Assembly: GCA_002269645.1 (NCBI GenBank)
Contig: NIVC01002955.1
Span: forward strand, 1-64,000
Source of the DNA: Macrostomum lignano
Taxonomy: Eukaryota
DNA: 64,000 nt
Direction of reading: 5' to 3'
Shown here: positions 1 through 13,081 of the stretch, one piece after another
Layout: the number at the start of each line of letters is the position of its first letter
Position numbering within the stretch: position 1 is the stretch's first letter
The notes under the pieces: model-generated
Databases searched by the model: none
Told to the model about the DNA's origin: nothing
Seen by the model: the letters and a program-made list of their open reading frames with translations, nothing else
Position numbers and translations under genes: made by a program

Positions 1-3000
1 CTGAGATTTCTTTGTTGCACTGAACACTTCGTGTTTATCGTGAATGCATTTGTTGATAAGCTCAGATTTTGAAAGTGCATTTGTGCCTAGTCTAAGCACC
101 GACACCACATCAAACGTATCAGAATCCAACGACTTCAGAGCGGACTGCCGACCACATGGATCTTTCGTATTGCGGAACTTGAGCACGCATGACCTGAGAG
201 GCCAGACGAATAGAAGTGGCAAACTTGGAGTGAAGCAGCAGGCAACAGGTACAGCAAGTTTGCAGTCGAACAGTTTCTCTGCAACTATCTGCTTCAGCCG
301 AGCATCGCAGCAAAGAAACGTGATCAGGAAGACGTCAGAGTGGAGAAGTTCAGCATGATCGGAAACGTCTGGGTTGTCATACACAGAATTCGATGATGAA
401 TCTGGTGTAGGGTGCAATGATTCGGGCTCTGAGTCATAATCATCAGACCAACCATATCCACTAGGTTCCAACTGTTTTTTATTACACAATGCTTGTTGTG
501 CCTCTGAAACGATGCTCCTGAATGTCTTGTAGTTGTCATGACGACTGCTTTCAGCATGAGCAGTGGCAAATCTTTAATATCCTTCACCAGAATCTGAGCT
601 TCTAATTGCTCATCTCTTAGCTCCATCACTTCACCGAGGAAATATTTCCAGGAAACTTGTCCTGCAGTCCAAGAGTCTCCAGCACTTCATTTTGCTTGTT
701 TGTCAGCGATTCCAGACACAGTAAATCTGCTGCTGCATCCTCGTATGTACTGGATGTATTGCTCATAGTCCGCACTCTCTGCTCCCCCAACTCCACACGC
801 CAACGTGAACCGTCTGACTTGAAGTTACCCAGCATTTTGTTCACAGCTTCACTTAATTTGCTCCAGTCGCCTGATGCCTGAAACGACTCTACTGCTTCTT
901 GCACTTCAGGAGTCCATGAGTTTTGGCCATAGATGCTGAGTAGCTGCATAGCATTTGCGTTGTTACAGGAATCTCCGTAGCTATCAATGAGGAGTTTGAG
1001 CAGACTTAACTGTACGAATTCTGACTCTGAGCTTCTCTCTAGCGACTTCAGAAATTTAATTTTATCACCAAGCGCTTCTGTGAACTGCTCCAGCTTCTCC
1101 AGAGTGAGCAGCAGATCAAAGGCCTGTTCCTTCAGTTGAAATGAGTAGGTCCCCAAGACCAAGCTTGTAACGAACATCTCGCTGCGATTAGAATTTTCCC
1201 TCATTTGCTCCAGAAGGTATCTCACTGCTGCTGTAAGATCCTGCCTAACCACCTGAAGTATGTTCCCTTTGCCGATTGTCTGCTGAGCGATCGCATTGCG
1301 TACATCAGGTATAACTCGATCATGCATAAGATTCACGAGTTGTTCAGGACTTGTGACCTTGCTATCAGAGAGTATCGAATATTTCAGTGGATCAATAGAG
1401 TCACTGCAGATCAGCTCAGCAATTTCGAGTCTCAGTGGAAAGTCGCAGTTTCCTGCCATGTGCATCATGTGTTTTAGATGCGACTTTATCGATGTAGCCT
1501 CAATGTCATCAAACTGGTCTTTGACCTGCAGTAGAGACTGAAAAACTCTGCGTAGAGACGGCATGCCTGTCCAGCTCATACCTTTGCGCTCAGGAGCTGT
1601 GCGATCGTCGATAGCTTGCAGTTTGCTACACAGGATTTTAAGCTGACTTTCCCATTGGTGAGGAGTTAGCTGTGACTCAGTCAACTGACTGCACAGCTCC
1701 TTCAGAAATGATTCAGCTGAGGCGATAGCTTCGTAATCTTCGTCTATTGTCTGCGGATCCTCTGTAAGTCCAGTGAGCGACTGCCAAATGGATTTGAGTA
1801 AACGAGACAAACCTTTTGCGTCCTTAAATTTCTCTTCGCAACGCCTTACCAGAGTCCACACACCTATTTTGCAGTCACTTACCCGAATGACTGCCAGATC
1901 AGATGCCAAATGTGTCTCTGACTCACTTGAAGTTATTTTGCCGACCTCCTTAGTCTTAATGTTCACCTCCGACATTTCACTGTGATGCGATTCCGTCACA
2001 CTGTCTCCTTGCAGCCTGTCGCGTTCACCGGATGCAGTTACTCCAAAGATAGCAGCGAAAGCAACTGGAAGGCAAGCATGCAGCTTCGAATTTGCAAGCC
2101 ACTTGACTTCTTCGAAAGAGCGCTTTTTTTCACTTTGATACACAGCAGAAGTGATTGATGCAGCACCAAAATGAACAATGCCGCAGGTGGCGTGGCTGCC
2201 AAATTTTTTGAAGAACGCAGCAGTTGACTGGCTGACTGACTGACTGGCCTCTCCTCTGAGTAAGATCTGCGCTTCAATTTTCTGTAGCTCCTCAATCGCT
2301 GGTTCAGTTAGTTGCAGCTGTCTATCATTGAGACTGCAGGCTGCTGCTGCTTGAAACTTCACAATGCTACGGGAAAAGAACTGAATGGTTTGAAGTTCAT
2401 CCTGACTTTTGCCATCCTCTTTTACAGAAGAAGTACCGAAGCCTACTGCACCTGCTATGGGCTTATCAACCATTTCTCCCTTAGCTTTGAGTGATGCCGA
2501 CCAGCCCAATGATGCTACATTCTTTCTGAGTTTTTTGTGCTGCTCATCTTTGTAAGCATCCTTGTGATCTAAATCTTGTTCGAACTCAGGCGAGCTCGGA
2601 CACACCTCCACAATGTTGACAAGCTGGCGGTCACATTTGTGCCATTCTTCATCCTCAAATACCCATCCCCTTTGTAGGTAATTACCTGATGCGGAATTCA
2701 CATTCTGCAGAGGGATTTCGGATGACGGGCAGTGACTCGAAAGTTGCTGTTGCTGCTGTTGGACACTTTGATCGATTTTTTCCCTGATCTGCTGTTCATC
2801 AGAACTCAGCGAATCTGCATCCTTTTTAACATCTTGTCCCATTAGAAGCTGAACTTGCTTGTCTTTAGCAAGAACTCTGGCTGGACGAGTGTCACTCGAC
2901 TGTCGATGTTCAGCCAATACGTAAGCTCGAGCTGCAGCCGCATTTCTGTCATCTTCATCGCCAGGACTGGTGCTACTCATGCCGAACCAAACTTCTGAGG

Positions 3001-3024
3001 CTTTTGCTTCGTTTGCTTTAGTCA
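1..3024 (-). CDS. GVIN1: Interferon-inducible very large GTPase (VLIG/GVIN1-like), large internal exon with two 1-nt frameshifts; gene continues beyond the left edge
   Basis: The 799-aa ORF has GVIN1-like blocks (ASGNYLQRG, SLGWSASLKAKG, QLQLTEPAIEELQKIE, FFKKFGSHATCGIVHFG, LKSIWQSLTGL, LETLGLQDKFP). Shifting frame at ~638 and ~535 gives ISLGEVMEL...LPLLMLKAVVM...LHSDVFLITFLCCDARLKQIVAEKLFDCKLAVP...VWPLR...VSVLRLGTNALSKSELIN, typical of GVIN1/URGCP. A splice acceptor tttcag lies at 3025-3030, so the ORF-track GTG is not the real start. Confidence 0.85.
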
Positions 3025-4198
3025 CTGAAATTCAAGGGGACTACTTATATTGTTGAAAAAATAGACGCGTCCCTAAAACTATTTTGGGTGTTAGGGGAGA
3101 ACTACCGGGCACAAGAATTGTAGAGGTCGTGCTCCATCCATTAAAAATAAAAATGATAAGCTACATAAAGTCAATATCGCATACTTAAAGGGGGCTCCCC
3201 GATTAAAGTGAGCTTGCATGTTTATCAAAGACCACCAGAATTAGAGCCTGAAAGAAATATCAGCAGTGTTACATAAAACAATAAACTTTGCCGGCGTCTA
3301 AAACAAAACTGTTTCAAAAATGGAGGTGATGCATTCTTAGTGGAACATGTTTGCAGCTTGGATGTTGCAAGCTACAGCTGAGAGCCTTATAAGTTTCCTA
3401 GTTGGCCGCAAACTAAGAACCTTACATATAGTTAATATTATATTTATTATCCGCTCACTAACCCACTCAGCCTTCGCTGATCATCAGCCCCACTAACACG
3501 AACTACTCTGATTTGAATAAGTAAATTGATAATTGATAATTGATGATTATGTATCCCTAACTTAATATATTTATACAATTATTAAACCGATGAATTATGA
3601 ATATTAACAAGCTAAGCAGTGGGGGGGGGTAAGTCTGAGCAATTCCATCGCCTAGCACTGGGGCTGATTTAGCCATTACTACTCTATCTGATCTGCATAT
3701 CTAATGCTAATTACTTAAGTGATCATAATCAAATTACATAGTCATGGCACGCTCAGTCTTACCCAAGTAATGAGCAGTAGCGAAGGCACGCACAGTAGAA
3801 CTTGCAGATATTACAACTTGGAGAGTATGTAGAGTTTTTAGAGAATAGAAGGCAGTGATAATTTAGTCAAAATCATACTTATATTAATAGTAATTATTGC
3901 CCGCGCAGTTCCCAGTCATCTAGTCCAGCACCCCAGTCTTCTGCGATATTTCACACGCCCTTCCGTTCTTTCGTTCCCGTCGTGCGTCATCAGATGTCGC
4001 CTTCTCCAACTCGTTACCTCCTTCCAGACTCGATGACATCAGTTCCCAAGTTCCCACCGATTCTGAAATGCTTAACCTGCGTAAAAGATTAGTTGGCCCC
4101 CACCCCACAAATACCCTAATGGACCCTCAAGAGTAGCAAGAGTAGAAATACGGCCTTCGTTTTAATGGCTCGTAATATCCAGCTGTTCGCAATCAATA

Positions 4199-4722
4199 GG
4201 CCGTGTGAATAAACTGAGCAAATTCTCAAACTCCAGAAAATGCTCAGGTCAGTAAGAATAAGCTGAGCTCTTACTCGGGAGCAAATTTCTCAGATTCCTG
4301 AGAAAGTTCTCGGCTGCAGAGCAATTGCTCCAGTCAGTAAGAATAAAAACATGGTCATAAACAAAAGAGCGGAGCATTTGCTCAAAAAACGCTGAGGCAG
4401 CTCTAAAGCTGACTCAGCCGGTAAAAGCCACTGTGTTTTCATTTTTTCTCTTGTAAGAAATCTCTTGCTATTGCTTTAATCAGGCTCTTTTTTCACATGG
4501 AAGTCCTAGTCCATGGTCAAGCTTCAAGTGAACTCAAGCCTAAAGCAGTCAAGCTGCTGCTCAAGCGGCTGAGCAATTACTCTGAGTCTGAGTTTTTTGT
4601 TTATTCATACTGAATTGTTGCATTTGCTCGGATTCAGAGCATTTACTCAGCCTCGAGCAAATGCTCCAGCTCAGAGTGCGAGCATTTGCTCAAGAGCATT
4701 TGCTCAGTTTATTCATACGGCC
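4199..4722. mobile_element. MITE / non-autonomous DNA transposon (PIF-Harbinger-like termini)
   Basis: Terminal inverted repeats GGCCGTGTGAATAAACTGAGCAAA / TTTGCTCAGTTTATTCATACGGCC (1 mismatch), flanked by TA, or by an AAT duplication if one more base is included. Internal GAGCATTTGCTC repeats; no ORF. Confidence 0.75.
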
Positions 4723-6779
4723 TAATAAATTTCTGCTTCCTAGAGGCACATGCTATAGAAGAAATCGCACAATACTCCAATGCTAAATTTATAGACTTGT
4801 CGTCATAAGAAATTTTTGAAGTTCATTAACTCGAGCGTGCAACGCAAAGCCCACCTCCAAACACCCTGGTCCAGTGCTGGCCAATCCCAGCTAAAAAATT
4901 ACTGCTTTAAATCTTTCAATCGATTCTTATCCACTTGAAACTCAAAAAACTAATATAGCGTTCGGATTATTCTTACTGCAGATTTTTTTCTTCAGGAGTC
5001 TCTCAGGAGCGTCTCCTGTGCAATCGTACGGCTGTTTAGTCCTAGGACTGGTGAAGAGTTCGCTTTAGCACATTAGAGAGAGAGAGAGAGAGGGAAAGAG
5101 AGGGAGAAAGAGAGAGCCAGAATTAGATCTAGTGTCTAAACGCACGAACTCCCACTTCCAGACCGTGAGTCTGGGAGCAGAATGTAGTGATCACTTACTA
5201 TTGTGGGCTCCTCTTGTTGTCGGGCAGGTCTTGGAATCAAGGACTACTTAAGTAGAAGGACGCAAGACTCAGAATTGGTGAAAATTTCATTGGAGGCCGA
5301 TTTTTCAATGCATCTCCTGTGTACGCTATTGATCGTAAGATGCTTATTTCTGCGCAGAATAGGCAGTAACATATGCCCTTTCATTTAAGACATCAATAAG
5401 TTGAACAATTCGGACTTGAAAAATCTCAAAATACTTGTCAACAGTACAGTCCTATATACCAAAAATCATCTAAAATTGCTACGTTACTACGTTACATTAG
5501 TCGTCCTTGCTTGGAATCGGAAGTCAGTCGAATATGAGAGCACTTTAACGAACGTAACAATTTAATCCGTCGACGTTAATGTATTCCTTGTGGTCAGCAA
5601 TCACCGATATCCGGGATGCGCCCTAATAATAAAATCAACTCTATAACAATAACGAGGTCCTCCAAAAGGGCTTCTTCTACAATAGAAATAACAGAATCGG
5701 AGTCGTATGCCCTTCCCTGTTACTCTAGGGTACCAATAATCAATCAATCAATAATCGTCAAGAGTATCGGAATCGATCCAAGTGGATCCTATCCAATCCC
5801 TTAGTAATAGGGAGGCATTTAATTCAATGACTCAATATAAATCAATGGAACGAAAACGGCCGGCAATGACACAGCTCTCAACAATAAAATAACAAAAACT
5901 TCAACAAAGGCTAACCCATTGGCATAAAATTCTCTCAGAGATGTAGCCTCTTTCCAGTGGTGGTTCTGGATAAGTTTCAAGCTCTTTTGAGGCTTCTTTG
6001 AGGCTGCTCCGAGTCTGGGATTTCAGCTCGGATTTTTCGCTTATATTTATACCTAATTTGAGTCGAACTTGAACTCAAACCGGTTTTTTGATTAGGTCAA
6101 GAAAGGAATTTTATCATTTGACAGGTGGGGCTTTCGAATTGAAAAGGTGAAAATAATTGGGTCGATTTTGCCATATTTGGAAGTTCCAAGAATAGGGTTT
6201 GAACGCGACATTTAAAATTTTTGGTTCTTAACATATTATATTGTACTACTTCTAGTAGTCTGCTCATACTGTATTTTGGAAATCTCTACACTGGGGGGGG
6301 GGGTCGTCACACACACCCTCAATTACCCAGCTAGTCCAGGATTAGCCAGGATTTTTATCCAGGGCTAGCCAAGGTTTTATTCATTATCTTGTTGGCCTTA
6401 TTTAGCAGATTAACATATACTCTGACGTCAAACGTCAACCGTCGACAAGTACGAGTACTATCTGTGCCTTTATGAAGTCAAATCTTAAAAATAGTTTGAC
6501 GGAAGCCGACGTGGTTGAAGATGAGCAAGTTCTACTGGAAGGAGTGACACTTGAGCAGTGGAGATTTATGCTACTCGAGCGAGAGCGACTGATCGAAGCT
6601 GTGTTCGCAGCGACATCTGTTTTTAAGAGTTGATTGAACCTCCAAGGGATCGAGATAGCAGTCGATAGAGACTTCGAATACATAGCATAACAATCATAAC
6701 AAACATAACACTACAATACATAATAGCCTAATATATAAAGGGGAGGAGGGAAGTTGTGCTACGCTCGTACATGTAACGG

Positions 6780-8500
6780 AAACGGAGATCCGAGCAGAGA
6801 GCATAGGAGTCACAAAGCCCTGCAAAAGATGATCGATGGCAAGCAGAGAATGCCAGAAAGAGGACGGTAACAGGGGAATGCAGACTGACGACAAACACCA
6901 AAGAAGCAGGACAGGACTTGATTGACTGGTGTTCGATCAACAAACTCGCCAACAGTAACTCACCGTATAGAAAAGAGGAACCTACAAAGCCACAAAGAAA
7001 TGGTACGAACAGGATGGTTTCATCATGAGGAAGCTGAGGAAGACAGGCACAAGATCAGGGCAATGAAAATCTACGCAACGGAGGAATTCGCCTTATCAGA
7101 CAATAAACATCTCACGATTACCCTCACAAAAACACAGAAGAGAAACTCAAGAAACGGAAAGTCAAGAAAACTTGAGAAAGCATGATAAAGAGAAACTGAA
7201 CTGGGACGAGATCGCACAAGTACTAACTAACCGATGCAACGCGGCAACAGAAACATGTAGAACAAAGAGGAAGACTATATAGCTAACCTTTAGACAATCA
7301 TCCATGCTAGAGAACTGAAAGCAATACATGACAAAATCAATTCATACTAGTCGAGGAAAGCAACATTCTAGCGGAATCGACTACATGAAAGGATATCAAA
7401 ACAATCTCAAGAGGTGAGAAAAGAACTAAATATAAAACTAAAAGAATGGTGGAAAGAAATAATCTCAGAAAGTATCGCAGCGAGTGAAAGGGATAACCCA
7501 AGAATCATGTACAATAACAGGCCATGAAAAAACTAGTGCAGCGAAACAGCAGATTCAACACCAGTTCGAGATCATCTCAACAGAAGACGTTGAAGACCTA
7601 ATTGAAAAATGTGATCCAAAAGATGCAAGGTGAAAATCCGTGAAAATTTGAAACTAACGGGGTCTTAAAAGATCCTCGGAGGAGAGACATGCGACGATGA
7701 ACCTCATATCAACCGAAGAAGAGATTACTTGACTTGACTCAGCTGCAGGGGTTCCGGGCATCCGGACACTGCGCGGGAAGGCGTTGGCGCCCATTCCGCA
7801 AACCACTGGCGACCACGTGTAGCTGGTGCTGCGGTGTTGCGCAGGGAGGTCCAGGAGATTGATAGTCACTCGCCCGTTAGCCCTCAAGTAGCGCAAGAGC
7901 TGGCAGAAATAAAAACGTCAGAGAGGTCCGGGTTTGGGCCGAGGTTGGTGAGCCTGTCTTGCCAGAATAAAGGCGGAACATTCAGAGATGAAGTGCAGCT
8001 CCGCATTCTCAACACCGGAGAGGCAGAATGGGCATTCCTCTGTAAGCATTTTTCCTAGAGTAGCGATGCCTGGCAAAACAGCCATGACCCGAGAGGAAGA
8101 GATTAAGCAAGCAATCAAGAAAGTAAAAGACTCGGTCCCAGGTAAAGATGAGGTCCGCTAGCTATATGTACATCAAAGCAGTTGATAAAAAGAGCAGGTA
8201 AATGGGAAGAAACTCTAAAAACAGGCAATGTTGGCAATTGGCAATCATGACAATGTTCAAGAAGGGCGATAGAAACGACCCAAAACAACTACAGAGGAGT
8301 GCGCTTACTCCTCTGTACTCCTTGGAGCTTTAATCCACCAATGGACAGCAGAACTCAGAATAATCGCAGACTGAACAGCTGGTAAGAAAAACTGAACATC
8401 TTCGACGAACATCAGAACTGTTTTAGACGGGGACGCTCAACATTGGATGCCGCACAGTGCTACTCGTACACTTATTGAAGAAGTCGGAGATAAGAAATCT
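6780..8500 (+). mobile_element. Degenerate non-LTR retrotransposon (LINE) ORF2 remnant: APE endonuclease end plus RT N-terminus
   Basis: Fragmented frames read GQDLIDWCSINKL, WYEQDGFIM, LSDNKH (SDH-like), then REEEIKQAIKKVKDSVPGKDEV, MFKKGDRNDP-NNYRGVRLL and DEHQNCFRRGRSTLDAAQ. Many stops and frameshifts. Confidence 0.75.
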
Positions 8501-9706
8501 TGCTCTTCTTGATGGCTCCAAACGGGCTGACTTTGACGAGGATAACTCTTCCGTCCCAGCTCTGATGCGCGACACAGCCGCTGGTCTTGACCTCCTTTTT
8601 GATCAGGGACTCAACCAGCGCAGGCAAACAGCAGTTGAGACGGTAGGCTAAGGCGGCGAGCGCGGCGTCGATCCATCAGTCTTTTTTGGACCCGAGCTTT
8701 TGCTGAACTGATGGGCCGCTGGCATCTGCCGTTGCTTTTGAAGAAAAGGCCGTAGATTGTCTGGCCTCCTGATGTTGGCTGGTTTCTTCCAGAATACATA
8801 TTGCTGCTTTTTCTTCGCAGCTCGCCAATGATAAGTGTCGAAATTAAGGTTTAAAATCTAAATCCTTTAGAGACGACAATCGAGCTGACTGGACTCAAGC
8901 AGCTGGCAACTATACTATGAAAGTGTTTGGATCGGGCGGATATTTTCGCCGCTGCGTCGCTGTCTCCACCGGGAACCGAACGGCGACAGACGAGTCAGTC
9001 AGTGTCAATGGGATCGATATTGGGACCTGCAACTGAGCTAAGAAAAAGAGAATTGAAGAGGTTTCAGTTCAGTCTAGAAATTAATGGTTCGAGCATTTAG
9101 AAAAATAGAATTGTTATCAGCTATGAGTGTACCTGTAATAAGTGATTCTGACATGCTGATATTTTCAGCACTTGCCTTTAATACATATGTTCCCCAATTA
9201 ATTTTAATTAACTTCTACGAGCTACAGCACAAATAGATTTTTAACGCAAAAAATGCAACCATTTCTGACTTTGCGCACTGCATGCCTCCATTTGATCTTC
9301 AGTGAGAGTTCAGTCTGCCATATCTACAATAGTATATGAGACCCGGTTTCATATAATGCACAAGGTTTATGTACACACAGTATGCTTTCACCTAATCCTG
9401 TTTCTATTTCCTGCTTTAGTTTTGCACAGATGCACTACGCTAGTACTCTACAAATAAATGTCTTTAAAAAAGTAATCGTCACTTCATTTGCCACAGACAA
9501 ATAGGTATAGACAAAAAAGATACAGATACATGACAGCCAGACATAAGGACAGTCACGTCTGTCAGCCTAAGCCTATACTTAACTTCTCTAAAAGTGACGA
9601 ACATAAGATAAAAATATATCGCTGATTGATGGCATTGGCTCTTTAGCGTTTATATTTTTGTCGCATATTAAAGCAAACAGATCTTATCCTATTTAGCAAC
9701 TACACA

Positions 9707-10216
9707 TCAGATCAAACTTTGGTAATTAAGCTGCACACTCGAGTCAGCCAGTTCACCTTCCCGCGATCGTTCGGGTAAAGCTAGACTTCGATTTTCGAAG
9801 CTCGACTGCCTAGCAACCAGTTTGCAGCTCCGTCTACGCTCAGCCAGCTCCTCTTCGAGTTTAATAATTGGAGCCTGGCGGAGGTAGGCCACGATCTCTC
9901 TGTCCAGGTCGTGCTTTGCTGCCCGGCGTCCGACATGCGACAAGATCATGAAGAATATGGCCATGGCGTACACTGTAACCACGGCAACCACGAATAGCAT
10001 GGCTCCTTTATGATCGGAAATTTTGCTAGGAGTAAAGGACTCTGGACTGACAGTGATTGCTGCAGAGTGTCTCGGGACTGATCGCGCCGATTCTAGCAGT
10101 TCAACCAATCGATTGCTAATTGTACTTTTTGCTGGCTGACGAGTGCTTGATTGTTGATAATCAACAAATGAGTTCGAAATGTTGAGCAGCTGATGCAATC
10201 TAAGCCTAGGGTGCAT
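9707..10216 (-). CDS. Small single-pass membrane protein (169 aa), family uncertain
   Basis: ATG-to-stop ORF in GC-richer sequence with one strong hydrophobic helix (GAMLFVVAVVTVYAMAIFFMILSHV), followed by a basic stop-transfer segment and a charged tail. Confidence 0.7.
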   Translation of the reverse strand: MHPRLRLHQLLNISNSFVDYQQSSTRQPAKSTISNRLVELLESARSVPRHSAAITVSPESFTPSKISDHKGAMLFVVAVVTVYAMAIFFMILSHVGRRAAKHDLDREIVAYLRQAPIIKLEEELAERRRSCKLVARQSSFENRSLALPERSREGELADSSVQLNYQSLI

Positions 10217-10769
10217 GATTGAAACCTCTAATTGTAAAGGAGTCTACAGTTTCTACTGAGTTGAAATGTCGCAAATATATACTGCAGTATTTATTCACTA
10301 AACACACTGCAGTGTTCATGCAACCCATGTATGGTAGCACACATGGCTTTAGCTACTGAGTGCATCATGCATGCTGCAAGTGAAACTACGCTCGTAGTAC
10401 AATTTCAAATCGCTGCACACGGCGCTAGATGTAATTTTTTTAACTGCGGATTGCATTTAACCAGTAATGGAAGCGCGCATTTCCTGTTTACTTCATCTAT
10501 ATAGCGACTGTCCGTCCCCTGCCTCTGCAGGACGTTTTGCTGCAATTTACGACTTACAGGAAAGAGGCGACACAAATTTTGTTTCTAAGAAACTTTATGA
10601 AGGCTGGTTAGAAATCTTTATTTGCCAAAGCAAGTTTTTCAGCTAGCTAAGCTTTTTAATTGAATTCTTAAACCACGGGGCTTGGCAAACTTTTTACCGC
10701 AATGGCCAAATAGAGAACCCGGCGTTGCTACGGGCCTGGGGCAAAAAAAGGAAGGCAAGGAAATAAATG

Positions 10770-10880
10770 AGAGAAAAGAGGAGAGTAAAGGAGAGGAGGG
10801 AGGAGAGATGGGAGAGGAGAGAAGAGGGTACGAGAAAGGAGAGGAGAGAAAAGGAGAGATGAGAGGAGAGCTGAGAAGAG
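10770..10880 (+). repeat. GA-rich low-complexity tract
   Basis: Near-pure purine run (GAGAG/GGAG); the overlapping ORFs are artefacts. Confidence 0.7.
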
Positions 10881-11905
10881 ACATAAACCTTGAGCAGGCT
10901 AGATTGCTATTGTGAAGTTTCAAAGGACCCGAAGGCCGAAGAGGTTTTGCGGACCGCAGCATTTATAATATACAGAAGATGTCTAGTAAAAAATGCATCC
11001 AATAAAAAACCATCACTACAAAAACTTCTTGTACCGAAAAATAAAAAGTACCTATATTTGGATAGTATGGTACTCTTGTATTTTCTCTAAGAAACGAAGT
11101 GCCGGTCTGCTTGGCCTTCAATTTTTCCAACTTAACCTTCCACGATATTAATTTTGAGTACATTACCTAACTGTTAAAGGGTTGACAAGCTAACGAATGC
11201 AGTCTTACAATAAAATTAAAAAAGGCATGTACAATAAACTTGTCTTATTTAAATTCTCTGAACCAATTTAGGCAAAAGAGAAAACCTTATCAAATAAAGA
11301 AACTAACGCACTATATACTACGCGTTTATTGCTACTGAATAGATAGAAAATCAACTCAGTAGTATATGCAGTATAGTCATTCTATATAGAAAAGTTGGTA
11401 CATGAAATATTATTTAACACGCAATTGAATCTTGAATGGGCAAAATTTATACCAAAACTTCTTTCTTACAACCCAAACCTGCAAGTAAGGAAAAATACAA
11501 GGGAACAAAACAAAAATTTGTGGCCACAACTTACCGCATGTAATTAAAGACGGTTTCAACACAGCGGACATTAGTTGGACATTTCAGAATTGGTGACAGC
11601 AGAGTGAAACAAATGAAATAAATTTCAACTAAAAAACGCAGATTTCTTGTATTTGTGACGAATTCAGTAAGGTCGCAATAAGGCTTGACAAGGAAACACA
11701 TTGTACCCTGATTAAAACCATTCAGTTGCATATAGATTAAATAAAACATTCTGCATTCATAGCTGATTGAGAAATTGGCGAAAAACGTTTAAAACAAAAT
11801 GTGCGAATTAAAACCAACAGTGCCGTGTTTCATTAATCATGCATATAAATCTCTCCATGAGCTACATTTTACAAATATGAAATATTAATATAATCATCAA
11901 CTTGG

Positions 11906-12973
11906 GATATCTAATTTAGGTCACTCTGAATACCCATTATGATATCTAATTTAGGTCACTCTGAATACCCATTATGATATCTAATTTAGGTCACTCTGAG
12001 TACCTATTATGATATCTAATTTAGGTCACTCTGAATACACATTATGATATCTAATTTAGGTCACTCTGAATACCCATTATGATATCTAATTTAGGTCACT
12101 CTGAGTACCCATTATGATATCTAATTTAGGTCACTCTGAGTACCCATTATGATATCTAATTTAGGTCACTCTGAGTACTCATTATGATATCTAATTTAGG
12201 TCACTCTGAGTACCCATTATGATATCTAATTTAGGTCACTCTGAGTACCCATTATGATATCTAATTTAGGTCACTCTGAGTACTCATTATGATATCTAAT
12301 TTAGGTCACTCTGAGTACCCATTATGATATCTAATTTAGGTCACTCTGAGTACTCATTATGATATCTAATTTAGGTCACTCTGAGTACCCATTATGATAT
12401 CTAATTTAGGTCACTCTGAATACACATTATGATATCTAATTTAGGTCACTCTGAATACCCATTATGATATCTAATTTAGGTCACTCTGAGTACCCATTAT
12501 GATATCTAATTTAGGTCACTCTGAATGCCCATTATGATATCTAATTTATGTCACTCTGAATGCCCATCATGATATCTAATTTAGGTCACTCTGAATGCCC
12601 ATCATGATATCTAATTTAGGTCACTCTGAATACACATTATGATATCTAATTTAGGTCACTCTGAATACCCATTATGATATCTAATTTATGTCACTCTGAA
12701 TGCCCATCATGATATCTAATTTACGTCACTCTGAGTACCCATTATGATATCTAATTTAGGTCACTCTGAATACACATTATGATATCTAATTTAGGTCACT
12801 CTGAATACCCATTATGATATCTAATTTAGGTCACTCTGAGTACAAATTATGATATCTAATTTAGGTCACTCTGAATGCCCATTATGATATCTAATTTATG
12901 TCACTCTGAATGCCCATCATGATATCTAATTTAGGTCACTCTGAATGCCCATTATGATATTTAATTTAAGTCA
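11906..12973. repeat. 35-bp minisatellite, ~30 copies
   Basis: Unit GATATCTAATTTAGGTCACTCTGAGTACCCATTAT repeated head-to-tail, with variation mainly in the 3' third. Confidence 0.97.
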
Positions 12974-13081
12974 GTTAGAATATTACCTAAAAAATTAATT
13001 AGAAGAGGCATATCTAAAGATGAGCTTGTAAAAAACCCACCAGTAAAAGTCAGTCAATCTGTAATACGCTCGTATCGCTGT

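Noticed and set aside
3610-4109. Possible solo LTR ending CCCCCACCCCACA
   Set aside because: The 3' end resembles the Gypsy LTR terminus, but no matching TG start or TSD could be found.
8480-8830. GC-rich coding-like stretch after the LINE remnant
   Set aside because: No frame gives a recognisable domain or consistent splice sites.
11906-12973. 35-bp repeat array resembling a CRISPR in unit length
   Set aside because: Units are contiguous with no unique spacers and there are no cas genes; it is a eukaryotic minisatellite.
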